64,000 nt of DNA, taken from NCBI GenBank assembly GCA_051294375.1, contig CM119270.1:14792046-14856045 (forward strand). Direction: 5' to 3'. The DNA is from Paraspadella gotoi. Taxonomy: Eukaryota > Animalia > Chaetognatha. The notes below the pieces were generated by a model, which made no database searches, was not told where the DNA came from, and saw only the letters and a list, made by a program, of their open reading frames with translations. The position numbers and the translations under genes are program-made. Shown here one piece after another: positions 50,462 through 62,100 of this stretch. Within the stretch, counting starts at the first letter, position 1. Each line of letters starts with the position of its first letter.

Positions 50462-53400
50462 CTCTCTTCCTCTCTCTCTCTCTCTCTCTCATCCTCTCTT
50501 TGTTTTGTCCGGAAATTTTCTTTTTTTCGTGGAGAAAAATATTGTTTGACTTAAACTTTAAAGGCATTTTTAAAAATTAAGTCATTTTTAAGAGAATATC
50601 CTGCGGGCAGAGGGCAGGTTCTCGCTGACGTCGTCCGCATAGTGGGTGAGATGATTTGTTAGGCTGCGCCAGGAATTCTTTTTTTCCTTTTTCTTTTCCC
50701 CTTTTTTTCTCTTCGAACTAATTTGTTTTTTTATCAATTTCCTCTCCCCTTTATCACTTCTCTCTGCCTCGGGTAGTCAGAAGTTGTCCCGGACGCTCCA
50801 ATCCGCTCCAAAAAACCGTGAACGAACGGCGATGATCTTGGTAAGGAAAAGGGGCAAGAGAGTGGGGGGAAAGGAAAAGGGCGTCACACTCTTGAGATGA
50901 AAACCTTTGGCTTGGGGAAGGAAAGGCAGCGTCCCTGGGAGTGAGGAGATGCGCAGGAATGTTTGCGAGATAGGGACTACTTATCCCTGTGGTTGAAAGA
51001 GACATCCGACTTGGCGCAAAAGGATGGGAAGAAATAGGCAGCCAAAGAAATGGAAATGAGAAAAATGAGAGGAAAATATGAGGACGAAGGAAAGAAAAAT
51101 GAAAAGGAAGAAAGGTTGAAGAACCCAGAGGAAGAAAAGAAGCAAGAAGAAATAAGTGAAGAGAAGATAGAGTGAAAGGGAAGAAAGGAGAATAAGAGAA
51201 AAGGAAAAGAAGAACAGTAGAGAAAGGAAAGAGGAAAAAAAAAGAAAGGAAAAAGAAGGAAGAACACTGGTCAGGAAAGACGAAGTAAAAGAGAGAAAAC
51301 GAAAGAGGAAAAATAGAAAAAAAAAGAAGGAAAAGGAAAGGAACGAGAATGGAAAAAAGGGAAAACAGAAAAAGTCAAGGAAAGAAAAGTGAAAAAGAGA
51401 AAGGAAAGAGAAAAATAGGAAGCGAAAAAATAAACAAAAAGGAAAGAAAGAGAAGGGAAAAAAGAAAGGAAAAAAAATAAAGAAATAAAGAAGAAATTAA
51501 AAAAAAAGGAAAGAAAAAAATGAAGGAAAAAGAAGGAAAAAGAGAAAAAGGAAAGAAAAGAAATAAAAAGAGGAAGGAAGAGATGGAAAGATTCACGAGA
51601 AAAAGGAGGCGCAAAGGAAATCGATCGACCGAAGTCGCGCAGAATGATCAGTCAAAAGGCTGACGTTGGACCGAAGGCCTGACGCTGAACAAGCCCCCTG
51701 AACGATGCACCACAATCCCTAATGGGCGCACGCGGCTGAACAGTTAAGAGCTAACTCTGTCGCATGTCAGTTGTCGGACGCAAGCGGAAACTGCTTTTGT
51801 TTTTGGCCTTCTTTAAGTTTTATTCTGCATATGTGAGCCATATAATAATATAATAATATAATAATATAATAAATATCATGAAGTTAAATAAATACAGGTG
51901 AGTGAAACATTTATAGGGTTTTTGTCTGCCATCGTCTTCATTCTGTCATCAGTCATGAATACTTTGAATTACAGAAGCTTTGCAAAAACCAGACTGTAAT
52001 ATCAAAGGGGATAAACGAAATATTTGTTTCTGTCGCGGCATTTCGCGTACATTCGCAGTGTCAGCCGTGTCAAGCCGTGCTACCTGTCACGTTTTGTCAA
52101 TCCTCATCACCTGCACTGAGACCAAATGGCGCACAAGAATGATTTTGACTCTTGGGCGAGGTGTAGGAAGCGTTTGATGCTTTTGGTCGCTTGATTAAAG
52201 ATGCGAGAGATTCGGTTCGTTTTGACGGAAGAGAGCACTGTGCCGGATTAAAGAGAAAAAACACTGTGCAATTAAACTCGTTAAATTGGTGGAGAATTGT
52301 ATGACGATTAATCGGCACGAAAACGAGTGCACGTAGGTACTTTGTTGCAAACATTAAATATTATACTATAGTAAAAAAAATATCTCTATTGCTTAGGAGA
52401 TCGTGGATACAATGCTTTTGTATTCACTGCTGCATGGTACACCAATTAAATTATCCATCCATTTAATTAATAGCTATCTGTCCCTGAACTTTGGACAGGC
52501 TTTGTGGTTTAAGGCCTCCATCACACTTGCCAAGATAAAACATAACAGGTTTCTCAAGCTTCTATTCAAGCCTCTCCACGATTGTTTATTCACTCCAGTG
52601 AAACCTGGCTTCCTATCAATGAAAGTGGTATAATATTTCCAGAATGTGCAATTGTATGTAAAGACCATTATATTCTACGAATTAAATTTTCACTCTGAAA
52701 TTTCTTCCTTTGTTCGAATACATAGGCCAGATAGTCGACAGCAGTATACATATATAATGTTTATTTAAAACAAGTCAAATGAGTAAGTGATGGTAAGGTT
52801 TAGGTGAATATACACCTGTAGCAGACGGAAAAGACACGGCCGGTCCGATGGAAGGGACACGGCGCAACGAGAAATCGAAGGTTTGGCAAATCGAAAAGTC
52901 ATGTGGTAGCACAGCAAAATTCCACCTGGTTGCAAGAGAACGATCGATGGGTGAAAGAAAGGGTGATGGGGTGGAAAGGAAGATTGCATGGGGTGGAAGG
53001 AAAGCTGCGACGGGTTGGACGTGGAAGGATGTAATTGAATTAAGGGAAGATTGGACAAAAGGAAAAACAAATTTACATTTCTAAAATGAAATTTCAAGAT
53101 GTCATCGACATTTTCGATGTTTTATTCCGGCTTCTCTTTTGTTTCGTGACGGAAATATCGACAAAACTTCGTAAACTTAATTTCGCTAACTTAAAATTTC
53201 GTATTCCTAAGAGAAATCTGTCGAGTTTACTATTTTTTAATTTAAACGCTCTGGATTCCTCAACCAAGCTTAATTAATTCATCACTTCTCAAATATTACC
53301 TTTTTCATTTCTTTCTTTCCATTTTTTCTTATTTTTTAAACTAATTTTTTTGCACGAACGCTAATCACGTTGGTTGTTTTTTAGGCGAATAAACTAGATG

Positions 53401-56400
53401 GCGTTTCAGTGTTTGTGACGTCGTTTGTCCATTGTTTTTTCTGTGAGTTAAGTATCTTGGCTGTTGTTGTTATGAAATTCGCTGTTGTCGTTGAAAAATT
53501 TCGAAAATCAATTACTTGTNNNNNNNNNNNNNNNNNNNNNNNNNNNNNNNNNNNNNNNNNNNNNNNNNNNNNNNNNNNNNNNNNNNNNNNNNNNNNNNNN
53601 NNNNNNNNNNNNNNNNNNNNNNNNNNNNNNNNNNNNNNNNNNNNNNNNNNNNNNNNNNNNNNNNNNNNNNNNNNNNNNNNNNNNNNNNNNNNNNNNNNNN
53701 NNNNNNNNNNNNNNNNNNNNNNNNNNNNNNNNNNNNNNNNNNNNNNNNNNNNNNNNNNNNNNNNNNNNNNNNNNNNNNNNNNNNNNNNNNNNNNNNNNNN
53801 NNNNNNNNNNNNNNNNNNNNNNNNNTTTTTTTCCCCAGCGATAAAATAGAATGTTGAGACAAAAACTTTATCCTGGATCGAAATTCGGGAGGAAATTTGA
53901 ATGAAACTCAATTGAAAACTAATATTAATCTTAAACATTTTATTAATCTTAATTGTAAAAGTTTAAAGTAATGGGTAAAAAATGTGCTCGGGATTAATTT
54001 CACCAATAGTAAAAAAAGAAGATGAAAGTACGAGGAACTAGAAGATTTTCTCTCTCTCTACATAGATTATATATAAAAAATGTGCTCGGGATTAATTTCA
54101 CCAATAGTAAAAAAAGAAGATGAAAGTACGAGGAACTAGAAGATTTTCTCTCTCTCTACGTAAATTATATATAAAAAATGTGCTCGGGATTAATTTCACC
54201 AATAGTAAAAAAGGAGATGAAAGTACGAGGAAATAGAAGATTTTCTCTTACTCTACGTAGATTATATTTTTATNNNNNNNNNNNNNNNNNNNNNNNNNNN
54301 NNNNNNNNNNNNNNNNNNNNNNNNNNNNNNNNNNNNNNNNNNNNNNNNNNNNNNNNNNNNNNNNNNNNNNNNNNNNNNNNNNNNNNNNNNNNNNNNNNNN
54401 NNNNNNNNNNNNNNNNNNNNNNNNNNNNNNNNNNNNNNNNNNNNNNNNNNNNNNNNNNNNNNNNNNNNNNNNNNNNNNNNNNNNNNNGTGTGTTTGATGT
54501 TAGATCGAAGAAAATAGATGTAATTAGTAAAAACGATTCTTTATTTAGCGTAAGAAACTTGAGCTGCAATATCTGCTGGAAGATCTTGAACGGAGAAATC
54601 TTCTTCCTCCTCTTCATTCGTCTTCTTCAGCAAAAATTGGATTTTGACTCAAAATTTTTTTTTCTCGTTGTGATGCTTTTTAAATTGGTGTGGTGAGAAC
54701 TCTTTGGAGTAGGGTTCAAGATACTNNNNNNNNNNNNNNNNNNNNNNNNNNNNNNNNNNNNNNNNNNNNNNNNNNNNNNNNNNNNNNNNNNNNNNNNNNN
54801 NNNNNNNNNNNNNNNNNNNNNNNNNNNNNNNNNNNNNNNNNNNNNNNNNNNNNNNNNNNNNNNNNNNNNNNNNNNNNNNNNNNNNNNNNNNNNNNNNNNN
54901 NNNNNNNNNNNNNNNNNNNNCAAAAATTAGTTTAAAAAAAAGAGAAAATATGAAGGAAGAAATGAAAAGGTTTGAGAAGTGAAATAATAAATTAAGTTTG
55001 GTTGAGGAATCCAGAGCGTTAAATTAAAAATAGTAAACTCGACGATTTCTCTTTAGAATACGAAATTTAAGTTACGAAATTAATTTACGAAGTTTTGTCG
55101 ATATTTCCGTCACGAAACAAAAGAGCAGCCGAATAAAACATCGGAAATTTGTTCGATGTCATCGTTGAAATTTCCTTTTTAGAAATGTTAATTGTTTTTT
55201 TTTCGTTCGTCCAATCTTCCCTTAATTCAAATTACATCCTCTCCACGTCCAACCCCGTCGCACTTTCCTTCCACCCCATCAATCTTACCTTCCACCCCAT
55301 CACTCTTTCTTTCCACCCCATCATCGTCTCCTTGCACACCACCAGGTGGAATTTTGCTGTGCTACCACATGACTTTCGTGATTTTGGCCAAACCTTCGAT
55401 GTTCTCGTGCGCCGTCCTTCGCATCGGACTCGGCCTATGTCTTTCCGTCTGCTACAGGTTATTTTCACCTAAACCTTACCTCACTTACCTCATTTGACAT
55501 TGTTTAAAATAAAACATTATATATGTATATGTGTCACTATCTACATATGTATTCGAATCAAACAAGAAATTCAAGAGTGAAAATTTTAATTCGTAGAAAA
55601 ATAGTGGTCTTTTCATACAATTGAAACATTCTTTGAAAGATTATACCACTTCATTGATAGGGAAGCCAGGTTCACTGGGAGTGAATAAACAAGTCTGTGA
55701 GAGAGGCTTGATTAAAAGCTTGCAGAAACCTGTTATGTTATTATCTTGCAAGTGAGATGGAGGCCTTAAACCACCAAAGCCTGTCCAAAGTCAGGGACAA
55801 GATAGCTTATTAATTAAATGGATGGATAATTTTTATATTGGTTGTACCAATTTCATTTTATTGTGCAGCTGCTGCAGCTGCAGCAGATGAATACAAAAGC
55901 ATTGTATCCACGATCTCCTAAGCAATAAGAAGATATTTTTTTACTATCTAGTATAATATTTAATGTGCAACAAGTACCTACGTGCACTTCGTTTTCGTGC
56001 CGATTAATCGTCAACATTTCTCCACCTAATTTAACGAGTTTTAATCTGGCACAGAGTTTTTTCTCTTTAAATCCGGCACAGTGCTCTCTTCGTCAAAACG
56101 AACCGAATCTCTCGCATCTTTAATCAAGCGACCAAAAGCATCAAACGACCTTCCTACACCTCGCCCAAGAGTCAAATCATTTTGTGCGCCATTTTGGTCT
56201 CAGTGCAGGTGAGAGGATGTGACAAAACGTGACAGGTAGCACGGCTTGACACGGCCTGACACTGCGAGATGTAACGCGAAATGGCGCGACAGGAAACGAA
56301 ATCATTTGTTATCACCTTTGATATTACAGTCTTGGTTTTTCAAAGCTTCGTAATTCAAAGGATATTCATGACTGATGACAGATGACAGACGATGGAAGAA

Positions 56401-57646
56401 AAAAAACCCTAATAAATGTTTCACTCATTTATTTTTTCTTAAAAAACTATCTTCATGATATTATTATATGGCTCAATATGCAAATAAAACTTAAAAGAAG
56501 ACAAAAACAAAAGCAGTTTCCGCTGCGTCCGACAACTGACATTGCGAACAGAGTTAACTCTTTAAACTGTCAGCCCGTCGTGCGCCATTAGGGATTGTGG
56601 TCACTCGTCAGGCGGGCCTGTTCAGCCGTCAGGCCTTCGTCCAACGTCAGCCTTTTAGACTGATTTTCATTCTGCGCGACTTCGGTCGATCGATTTCCTT
56701 TGCGCCTCCTTTTTCTCGTAATTCTCCTCCATCTCTTTCCTTTCCTCTTTTTTTTCTTTTCTTTCCTTTTTTCTCTTTTTTCTTCTTTTTCCTTCATTTT
56801 TTTATTTCCTTTCTTCATTTTTTTCTTTCCTTTTTTTTAATTTCCTTTCTTCATTTCTTTATTTTTTCCTTTCTTTTTTCCCTTCTCTTTTCTTTACTTT
56901 TTGTTTATTTTTTCCTTTCCTATTTTTCCTCTTTCCTTTTCTCTTTTTCACTTCTCTTTCCTTGACTTTTTTCTGTTTTCCTTTTTTCCATTTCTCTTTC
57001 CTTTCCTTTTTTTCCTTCTTTTTTCTTTCCTATTTTTCCTCTTTCGTTTTCTCTCTTTTACTTCTCTTTCCTTTACCATTTTCTTCCTTCTTTTTTCTTT
57101 CTTTTTTTTCTCCTCTTTCCTTTTCTCTACTGTTCTTCTTTTTCCTTTTCTCTTTTCTCCTTTCCTTTTTCCCTTTCACTCTTATTTCCTCTCACTTATT
57201 TCTTCTTGCTTCTTTTCTCCTCTGGGTTATTTCTTCACCTTTTCTTCCTTTTCATTTTCTTCTTCGTCCTCAATTTTTCCTCTCATCTTTTTCTCATTTT
57301 CCATTTCTTTGGCTCCTATTTCTTCCCATCCCTTTTCGCCAAGTCGGATGTCTCTTTAACCACAGGGATAATAGTTCCCTCTCGCAACATCCTCGCATCT
57401 CCTCACTCCCAGGAGACAGCTGCCTTTTCCTCCCCAAAGCCCAAAAGGGTCATCTCAAGAGTGACGCCCCTTTCCTCCCCCCCCCGCCTCTCTTCCCCTT
57501 TTCCCTACCAAAGATCATCGCCGTCGTCACGTGGATCGGAATGGAGCTTCCGGGCACAACTCTTACCTACCCGAGCAGAGACGAAGTGAGTAAAGGAGAG
57601 GAAAACTGATAGAAAAACAAATAGTTCGAAGAAAAAAAGGGGGAAA

Positions 57647-57710
<64 letters not shown>

Positions 57711-58371
57711 AAATTAACAAGGAAAAAATAACGGTTGGCTGTATCAATGAAAAAAGAAAGTAAGAAAGATAGACAGAAAGAAATAAAGATAACAATACAG
57801 AAAGAAAGATCGCACATTTGTTATTCTGCAGGTTTTACTGCGGTGTCGCGTCAACGACGTCTCTCTCATCATGTCGCTATTTTATAACATGGTAATGATT
57901 ATTACGGATATAATTAATGATATAGGCAGTGATTTTNNNNNNNNNNTTTTTCTATGTCTATCTATTGCCTCCCCAAATTTCTTTTCTTTCGCGCCCAACT
58001 ATCATCTTTTATTCTCCCCACTTCTACTTTTTTTTCTTTCTATTTTCTTACTCACTCTTTTCTAAATCGGTCTCTCGGCTCCTATCGTTCGACCCTCACT
58101 TACTTTCTCTCTCTCTCACTCTTGCCCCCTTCTCCTTTACTTTGTTCCCCTGATCCTTTCCTCGCCTCTCTTTCCTCTCGTTCCTCAACGTCTTCCCGAT
58201 TTCCCCCCCCCCCAGGTGCTGATCGTTCTCTGCACCGTCTACGCATTCAAGACGCGCAAAATCCCGGAGAATTTCAACGAGGCCAAGCACATCGGGTTCG
58301 CAATGTATTCCACCTGCATCGTCTGGCTCGCCTTCGTCCCCATCTTCTTCGGGACCAACAACGACTACATG
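37146..58371 (+). CDS. mGluR: Class C GPCR, metabotropic glutamate receptor-like gene (partial; 8 exons visible, TM2-TM3 and TM7/C-tail exons not found)
   Basis: Exons with AG/GT boundaries and matching phases give [18 protein letters not shown]...IGEW (end of Venus flytrap), SVCSEPC...CCWICTKC...CIDC...C (nine-cysteine domain), [15 protein letters not shown] (TM1) and [39 protein letters not shown] (mGluR ICL3/TM6 signature). Confidence 0.95.
40660..40755 (+). CDS. mGluR: mGluR-like exon: VFT-CRD linker with insertion
   Basis: Long pyrimidine tract plus cccag acceptor, gtcggt donor; 96 nt, phase 2-2, matching both neighbours; (S)[31 protein letters not shown]. Confidence 0.75.
41176..41297 (+). 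CDS. mGluR: mGluR-like exon: cysteine-rich domain part 1
   Basis: aacag acceptor, gtgag donor; [40 protein letters not shown]. Confidence 0.93.
41318..41488. repeat. Intronic minisatellite of about 17 bp (gtagaattgcgcccac-like), about 10 degenerate copies
   Basis: attgcgccca / attgcaccca / attccgccca recur at a regular pitch between mGluR exons. Confidence 0.75.
41550..41632 (+). CDS. mGluR: mGluR-like exon: cysteine-rich domain part 2
   Basis: tttttag acceptor, gtgac donor; (V)[27 protein letters not shown] completes the 9 cysteines. Confidence 0.9.
41940..42020 (+). CDS. mGluR: mGluR-like exon: TM1 (5' boundary uncertain)
   Basis: [21 protein letters not shown] then gtaag donor. The start is either tacag at 41953 (RPWA...) or about 41940 (YMNYSAPWA, which needs a 1-nt indel correction). 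Confidence 0.85.
42422..42516. repeat. (CAT)n microsatellite
   Basis: Direct reading; source of the poly-I and poly-M pseudo-ORFs. Confidence 0.95.
43628..43807 (-). CDS. RRM gene exon 3: beta4 plus Gly/Tyr/Arg-rich tail (apparent 1-nt frameshift)
   Basis: aaatag acceptor; (V)[10 protein letters not shown]. As read it stops at 43761; the shifted frame gives a Gly-rich tail to TAG at 43630-43628. Confidence 0.8.
   Translation of the reverse strand, partial: LITRNQECPAVGGYGDGDYGGGGRHGGGGGRYAGGGGSYDGGDGRYDNSGNYRFDRKWV
43628..44723 (-). CDS. Single-RRM glycine-rich RNA-binding protein (Rbp/CIRBP/GRP-like architecture) with N-terminal signal-peptide-like leader; 3 exons, about 158 aa after one indel correction
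   Basis: Exons 44723-44639, 44318-44106 and 43807-43628 are joined by two phase-1 GT-AG introns. The ATG lies in an aaaaccATG context. RNP2 is LYVGNL and RNP1 is KGFAFVTL. The tail [48 protein letters not shown] appears after removing 1 nt near 43775. Confidence 0.88.
43824..43948. repeat. (TAA)n microsatellite in RRM gene intron 2
   Basis: Near-perfect taa run just upstream of the exon 3 acceptor. Confidence 0.95.
44106..44318 (-). CDS. RRM gene exon 2: RRM core
   Basis: 213 nt open: (G)[70 protein letters not shown]. Confidence 0.93.
44639..44723 (-). CDS. RRM gene exon 1: hydrophobic leader plus start of RNP2
   Basis: [28 protein letters not shown] then G|gtaagt consensus donor. Splicing to exon 2 completes the RNP2 motif LYVGNL. 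Confidence 0.85.
45530..48120 (+). repeat. Tandem duplication of a unit of about 1.2-1.4 kb (about 45530-46720 and 46920-48120)
   Basis: Shared anchors caattcaccctcacgacctc, caagatggcgccttgagatgg and catcaaactccggtggttg. Confidence 0.9.
48393..48640 (+). mobile_element. Possible tRNA-derived SINE-like element
   Basis: GC-rich island of about 250 bp with a B-box-like GGTTCAATCCC near 48474-48484, ending in a T-run. The A-box is poor and no second copy occurs in the window. Confidence 0.3.
53978..54273. repeat. Tandem repeat, unit about 98 bp, 3 copies running into a gap
   Basis: aaatgtgctcgggattaatttcaccaatagtaaaaaa recurs at about 53980, 54078 and 54177. Confidence 0.9.
55600..55856 (+). 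repeat. Dispersed repeat family (other members about 8200-8385, 10250-10440, 23425-23610, 32210-32400, and inverted about 52435-52670)
   Basis: Core ggagtgaataaac...gatggaggccttaaaccaccaaagcctgtccaaagtcaggg...ttgtaccaatttcat occurs in unrelated flanking contexts and differs by substitutions. Confidence 0.8.
57514..57585 (+). CDS. mGluR: mGluR-like exon: TM4 end / ECL2
   Basis: aag acceptor after a pyrimidine tract, gtgagt donor; 72 nt; [24 protein letters not shown]. Confidence 0.85.
57646..57712. repeat. (GAAA)n microsatellite in an mGluR intron
   Basis: Perfect tetranucleotide run. Confidence 0.95.
57832..57891 (+). CDS. mGluR: mGluR-like exon: ECL2 Cys / TM5 start
   Basis: ctgcag acceptor, gtaat donor; 60 nt; [20 protein letters not shown]. 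Confidence 0.88.
58216..58371 (+). CDS. mGluR: mGluR-like exon: TM5-ICL3-TM6
   Basis: cccag acceptor, gtgag donor; 156 nt; [52 protein letters not shown]. Confidence 0.97.
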
Positions 58372-59115
58372 GTGAGGGAGGTGCTTGGTGCTTGGTGTGC
58401 TAGGTTGAAGAAGGTGATGATTGCTGGAGTGAACGTGTGCTTGCGCAAAGAGTAGAGTGAAATTTAATGCTTGGGAAAAACATACATTGGAGAAAAAAGT
58501 TTTGAAAAAAAAAATTAAATTTCAAAATTTTTTTGTTGATAAACGTAATTTGTTTAGTCCGTAATTCCTTTATTGCTAGTGTGGCATATACTGTGGCATG
58601 TACTAACAATAATTCTTGTTATTTATTCATTTTAATTCTTGGGAAAAATCTAAATTTGCTTAGTTAATAATAAGAACCCAATGATCAAAATTTTTCAAAG
58701 TTCTTCAAAAACTGCTCTTTCGTCATTCACCAAGGATCCGGTCAAAATTTATTCTTGGCTCGGTGGTGAAACTTACCTTTTTCATAATATTAACGTTCAC
58801 CTCGTTCTCTTTATAAATTATCATTCCTTGCCTCCGTATCTCGCTTCCTTTCTCGTTATTCCTATTTTCCTTTCTTTTCTTTTTCCTTTCTTCCTTTTCC
58901 TTTCTATCCGCTGACTTGATTTTTGGTCTCTTTTTCCAATTTTTCTCTCTCTTCCCGCTATACTCGTACCGGCCTTAGCCAATGGTTCAATAAGCGCATA
59001 TCCTCCTCTTCAAATTTCTTTTTTTTTTTTTTATTCCCTTTCCGAAATTACATTTCGCCAGAAACCTTCGCCGGGATTTCGCCAAGACTCAGGGGGCGGG
59101 GGGGCGGCGAGAGAG

Positions 59116-62100
59116 GGGGTGCTTATAATATTCGAAGCCTTCTGTGTGTATATAATACTTGATTGGCAAGAGGCGAATAGGAGTTGGGAATTTTTGCAGG
59201 ATGGTGCATTATAATTCGAGCCTCTGTGTATATATTACTTGATTGGCAGGGCGAATGAGAGTTAGGGATTTTTGCACAGGTGGGTTTGGCTTAATAATTC
59301 GAGCCTTCTGTTTATATATACTTTGATTGGCAAGGCGAATGAGGAGTTAGGAATTTTGCAGGGTGGTGCTTAATAATCTCGAAGCCTCTGTGTATCATAT
59401 ACTCTGATTGCAGAGGCCGAATGAGGGTTTAGGGAATATTGGCAGGGTCGTGCTTATAATTCGAGCCTCTGTGTAATAATAACTTATTGGCAGGGCGAAT
59501 GAGGAGTTAGGGAATTTTGCAGGTGGTGCTTATAATTCGAGCCTCTGTGTATCATTATACTTGATTGCAGGGCGAATGAGAGGGTTACGGAAATTCTTGC
59601 AGGGTGGTGCTTTATAATTCGAGCCTCGTGTGTATATATACTTGATTGGCAGGGCCGAATGAGGAGTAGGGAATTGTTCAGGGTGGTGCTTATAATTTCG
59701 ACCTCTGTGTATATATACTTGATTGCAGGGCGAATGAGGAGTTAAGGGGAATTTTGCAGGGGTGGCGTGCTTATAATGAGCTCTGTGTATATAACTTGAA
59801 TTGGCAGGGCGAATGAGGAGTTAGGAGAATTTTGGCAGGTGGTGCTTATAATTCGAGGCCTCTGTGTATATTATACTTTGATTGGCAGGGCGAATTGAGG
59901 AGTTAGGCGAATTTTGCAGGGTTGGTGGCTTATAATTCGAGCCTCTGCTGTATATATCAACTTGATTGGCAGGCGCGAATGAGGAGTTAGGGAATTTTGC
60001 AGGGTCGGTGCTTATAATCGAAAGCCTCTGTGTATATATACTTGATTGGCAGGGCGAATGAGAGTTAGGGAATTTTTGCAGGGTCGGTGCTTATATTCGA
60101 GCCTCTGTTGTATATTATACTTGATTGGCAAGCGGCTGATGATTAATTTAGGGAATTTTTGCAGAAACGGTGGTGCTTTATATCATGTCGAGCCTCTAGT
60201 GAGTTATAATTACTTGTACTGGCAGTGGCGAATGAGGAGTTAGAAATTTTGGCAGGGTGGTGTTTTATAATTCGACGTCCCGTCATGTGGTATCATATAC
60301 TTGTTGGCATGGTATGCGTAATAAGAGGTAGTTAAGGGAATTTTGCAGGGGTGGTGCTTATAATTACGAGGCCTCCTGTTGTATATATACTTGATTGGAG
60401 CATGCGGCAATGTAGGAGTTAGGGAATTTGCAGGGAGTGTGCCTAATTTAAATTCGTAGCCTCCGTGATTATATATACCTTTGAATTGGTCTAGGAGGGC
60501 GAATGAAGGAGTTAGGGAATATTTGCAGGAGGTGCTGTGCTGTTATAATTCTGAGGCCTCTGTGTAATATATTGATATGTGCAAGGGACGAAAGAGGAGT
60601 TAAAGGGAATTTTCGCAAGGGGGTGCTTATAGAATTCGAGCCTCTGTTAATAATATACATTGATTGGCAGGCGAAATGAGGAGTAGTGGAATTTTTGCAG
60701 GGAGATAGCGATGCTTTTATAATTCGTAGCCCTCTGATGTAATTATAATACTCTGAATGGCAGGTGTTCGCCAATGAGGAGTTAGGGAATTTTGCATGTG
60801 GTTGGGTCTTATAATTCGAGCCTCTGTGTATAATATACTTGATGGCAGGGCCGAATGAGGATTAGGGAATTGCAGGTGGTGCTTATAAATTCGAGCCTTT
60901 GATTATATAACTTGATTGGCAGGGCGAATGCAGGATTAGGAAATTTGCAGAGGTGGTGCCTTATAATTCGAGCCTCTGGTTATATATACTTGATTGGCCA
61001 GGGGCCGCGAATGAGGAGTTTAGCGAATTTTGCAGGGTGGAGTGCGTGTTCGATATAATTCCGGCCATCTGTGTATATATACTTGTATTGGCAGGGCGAA
61101 TGAGGAGTTAGCGGAATTTTTGCAGGGGGGTGGGTTGCCTTTATAATTTCGAGCCTCTGGTGATATACTCATAATTGATTGGCAGAGGCCTGAATGAGGA
61201 AGTGTACGAGGGAATATTTGGCAGGTGGTAGCTTATAATTCGAGCCTCTGTGTATATTAAATACTTGATTGGGCAGGGCAGACATGAGGAGTTAGGGAAT
61301 ATCTCTATGGCGTAGGGTGTGCTTATTCAATTCGAGCCTGCTGTGTATATATACTTGAATTGGCTCAGGGCGAGAACATTGAGGATTGTTAGTGGAATTA
61401 GGCAGGGTGGTGCTTATAATTCCGAGCACTCTGGCGTGTATAATATACTTGATTAAGGCAGGGAGCGAAATGAGGAGTTTATAAGGGAATTCTTATGCAG
61501 GGTTGGTCTTATCAATTCTCGAGGCTCCCTGTGTACTATATACTTGATTGGCAGTGGCGACATGAGGAATAGGGAATTTTGGCAGGGTGGTGCTTATAAT
61601 TCGAGCCTCTGTGTAATATTACTTGATTGCAGGGCGAATGAGGAGTTAGGGGAATTTGCAGGGTGGTGCTTATAGATACCAGCCTCTGTGATCCTCTAAT
61701 ATATACTTGAAATATGCAGGCGCGAATCGGAGGAGTTTAGGGAATTTTTCAGGGTGGTGCGTTATAATTCGAGCCCTGTGTAATTCATACCTTTTGATCT
61801 GGCAGGGCGAATGAGGAGTTAGGGGAATTTTGCAGTGTAGTGCGTGGCCTTATAATTCGAGCCTCTGGTGTATATATACTTTGATTGGCAGGGGGCGAAT
61901 GAGGAGTTAGGAATTTTTGCAGCGGGTGGTGCTTATAAATTCGAGCCTCTGTGTTCATATAACTTTGATTGTGCAGGGCGTGAATGAGGAGTTAGGAGAC
62001 CAGTTTTTGCAGCTAGCTCTGTGGTGCTTATTAATCGAGGCCTTCGCTGTGTTATATAACTTGATTCGGTGCAGCGGACCGCAATGAGGGAGTGAGCGGC

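Larger units (their letters stand above)
50690..57650. repeat. Large inverted repeat: about 50690-53370 versus about 54921-57650, with gaps in the spacer
   Basis: For example, 52100-52160 is the reverse complement of about 56160-56220. 50755-50840 is a degraded antisense copy of the mGluR exon 57514-57585. Confidence 0.88.

Noticed and set aside
56560-56700. Candidate missing mGluR TM3/ICL2 exon
   Set aside because: No frame gives KTNRI-like or other class C motifs.
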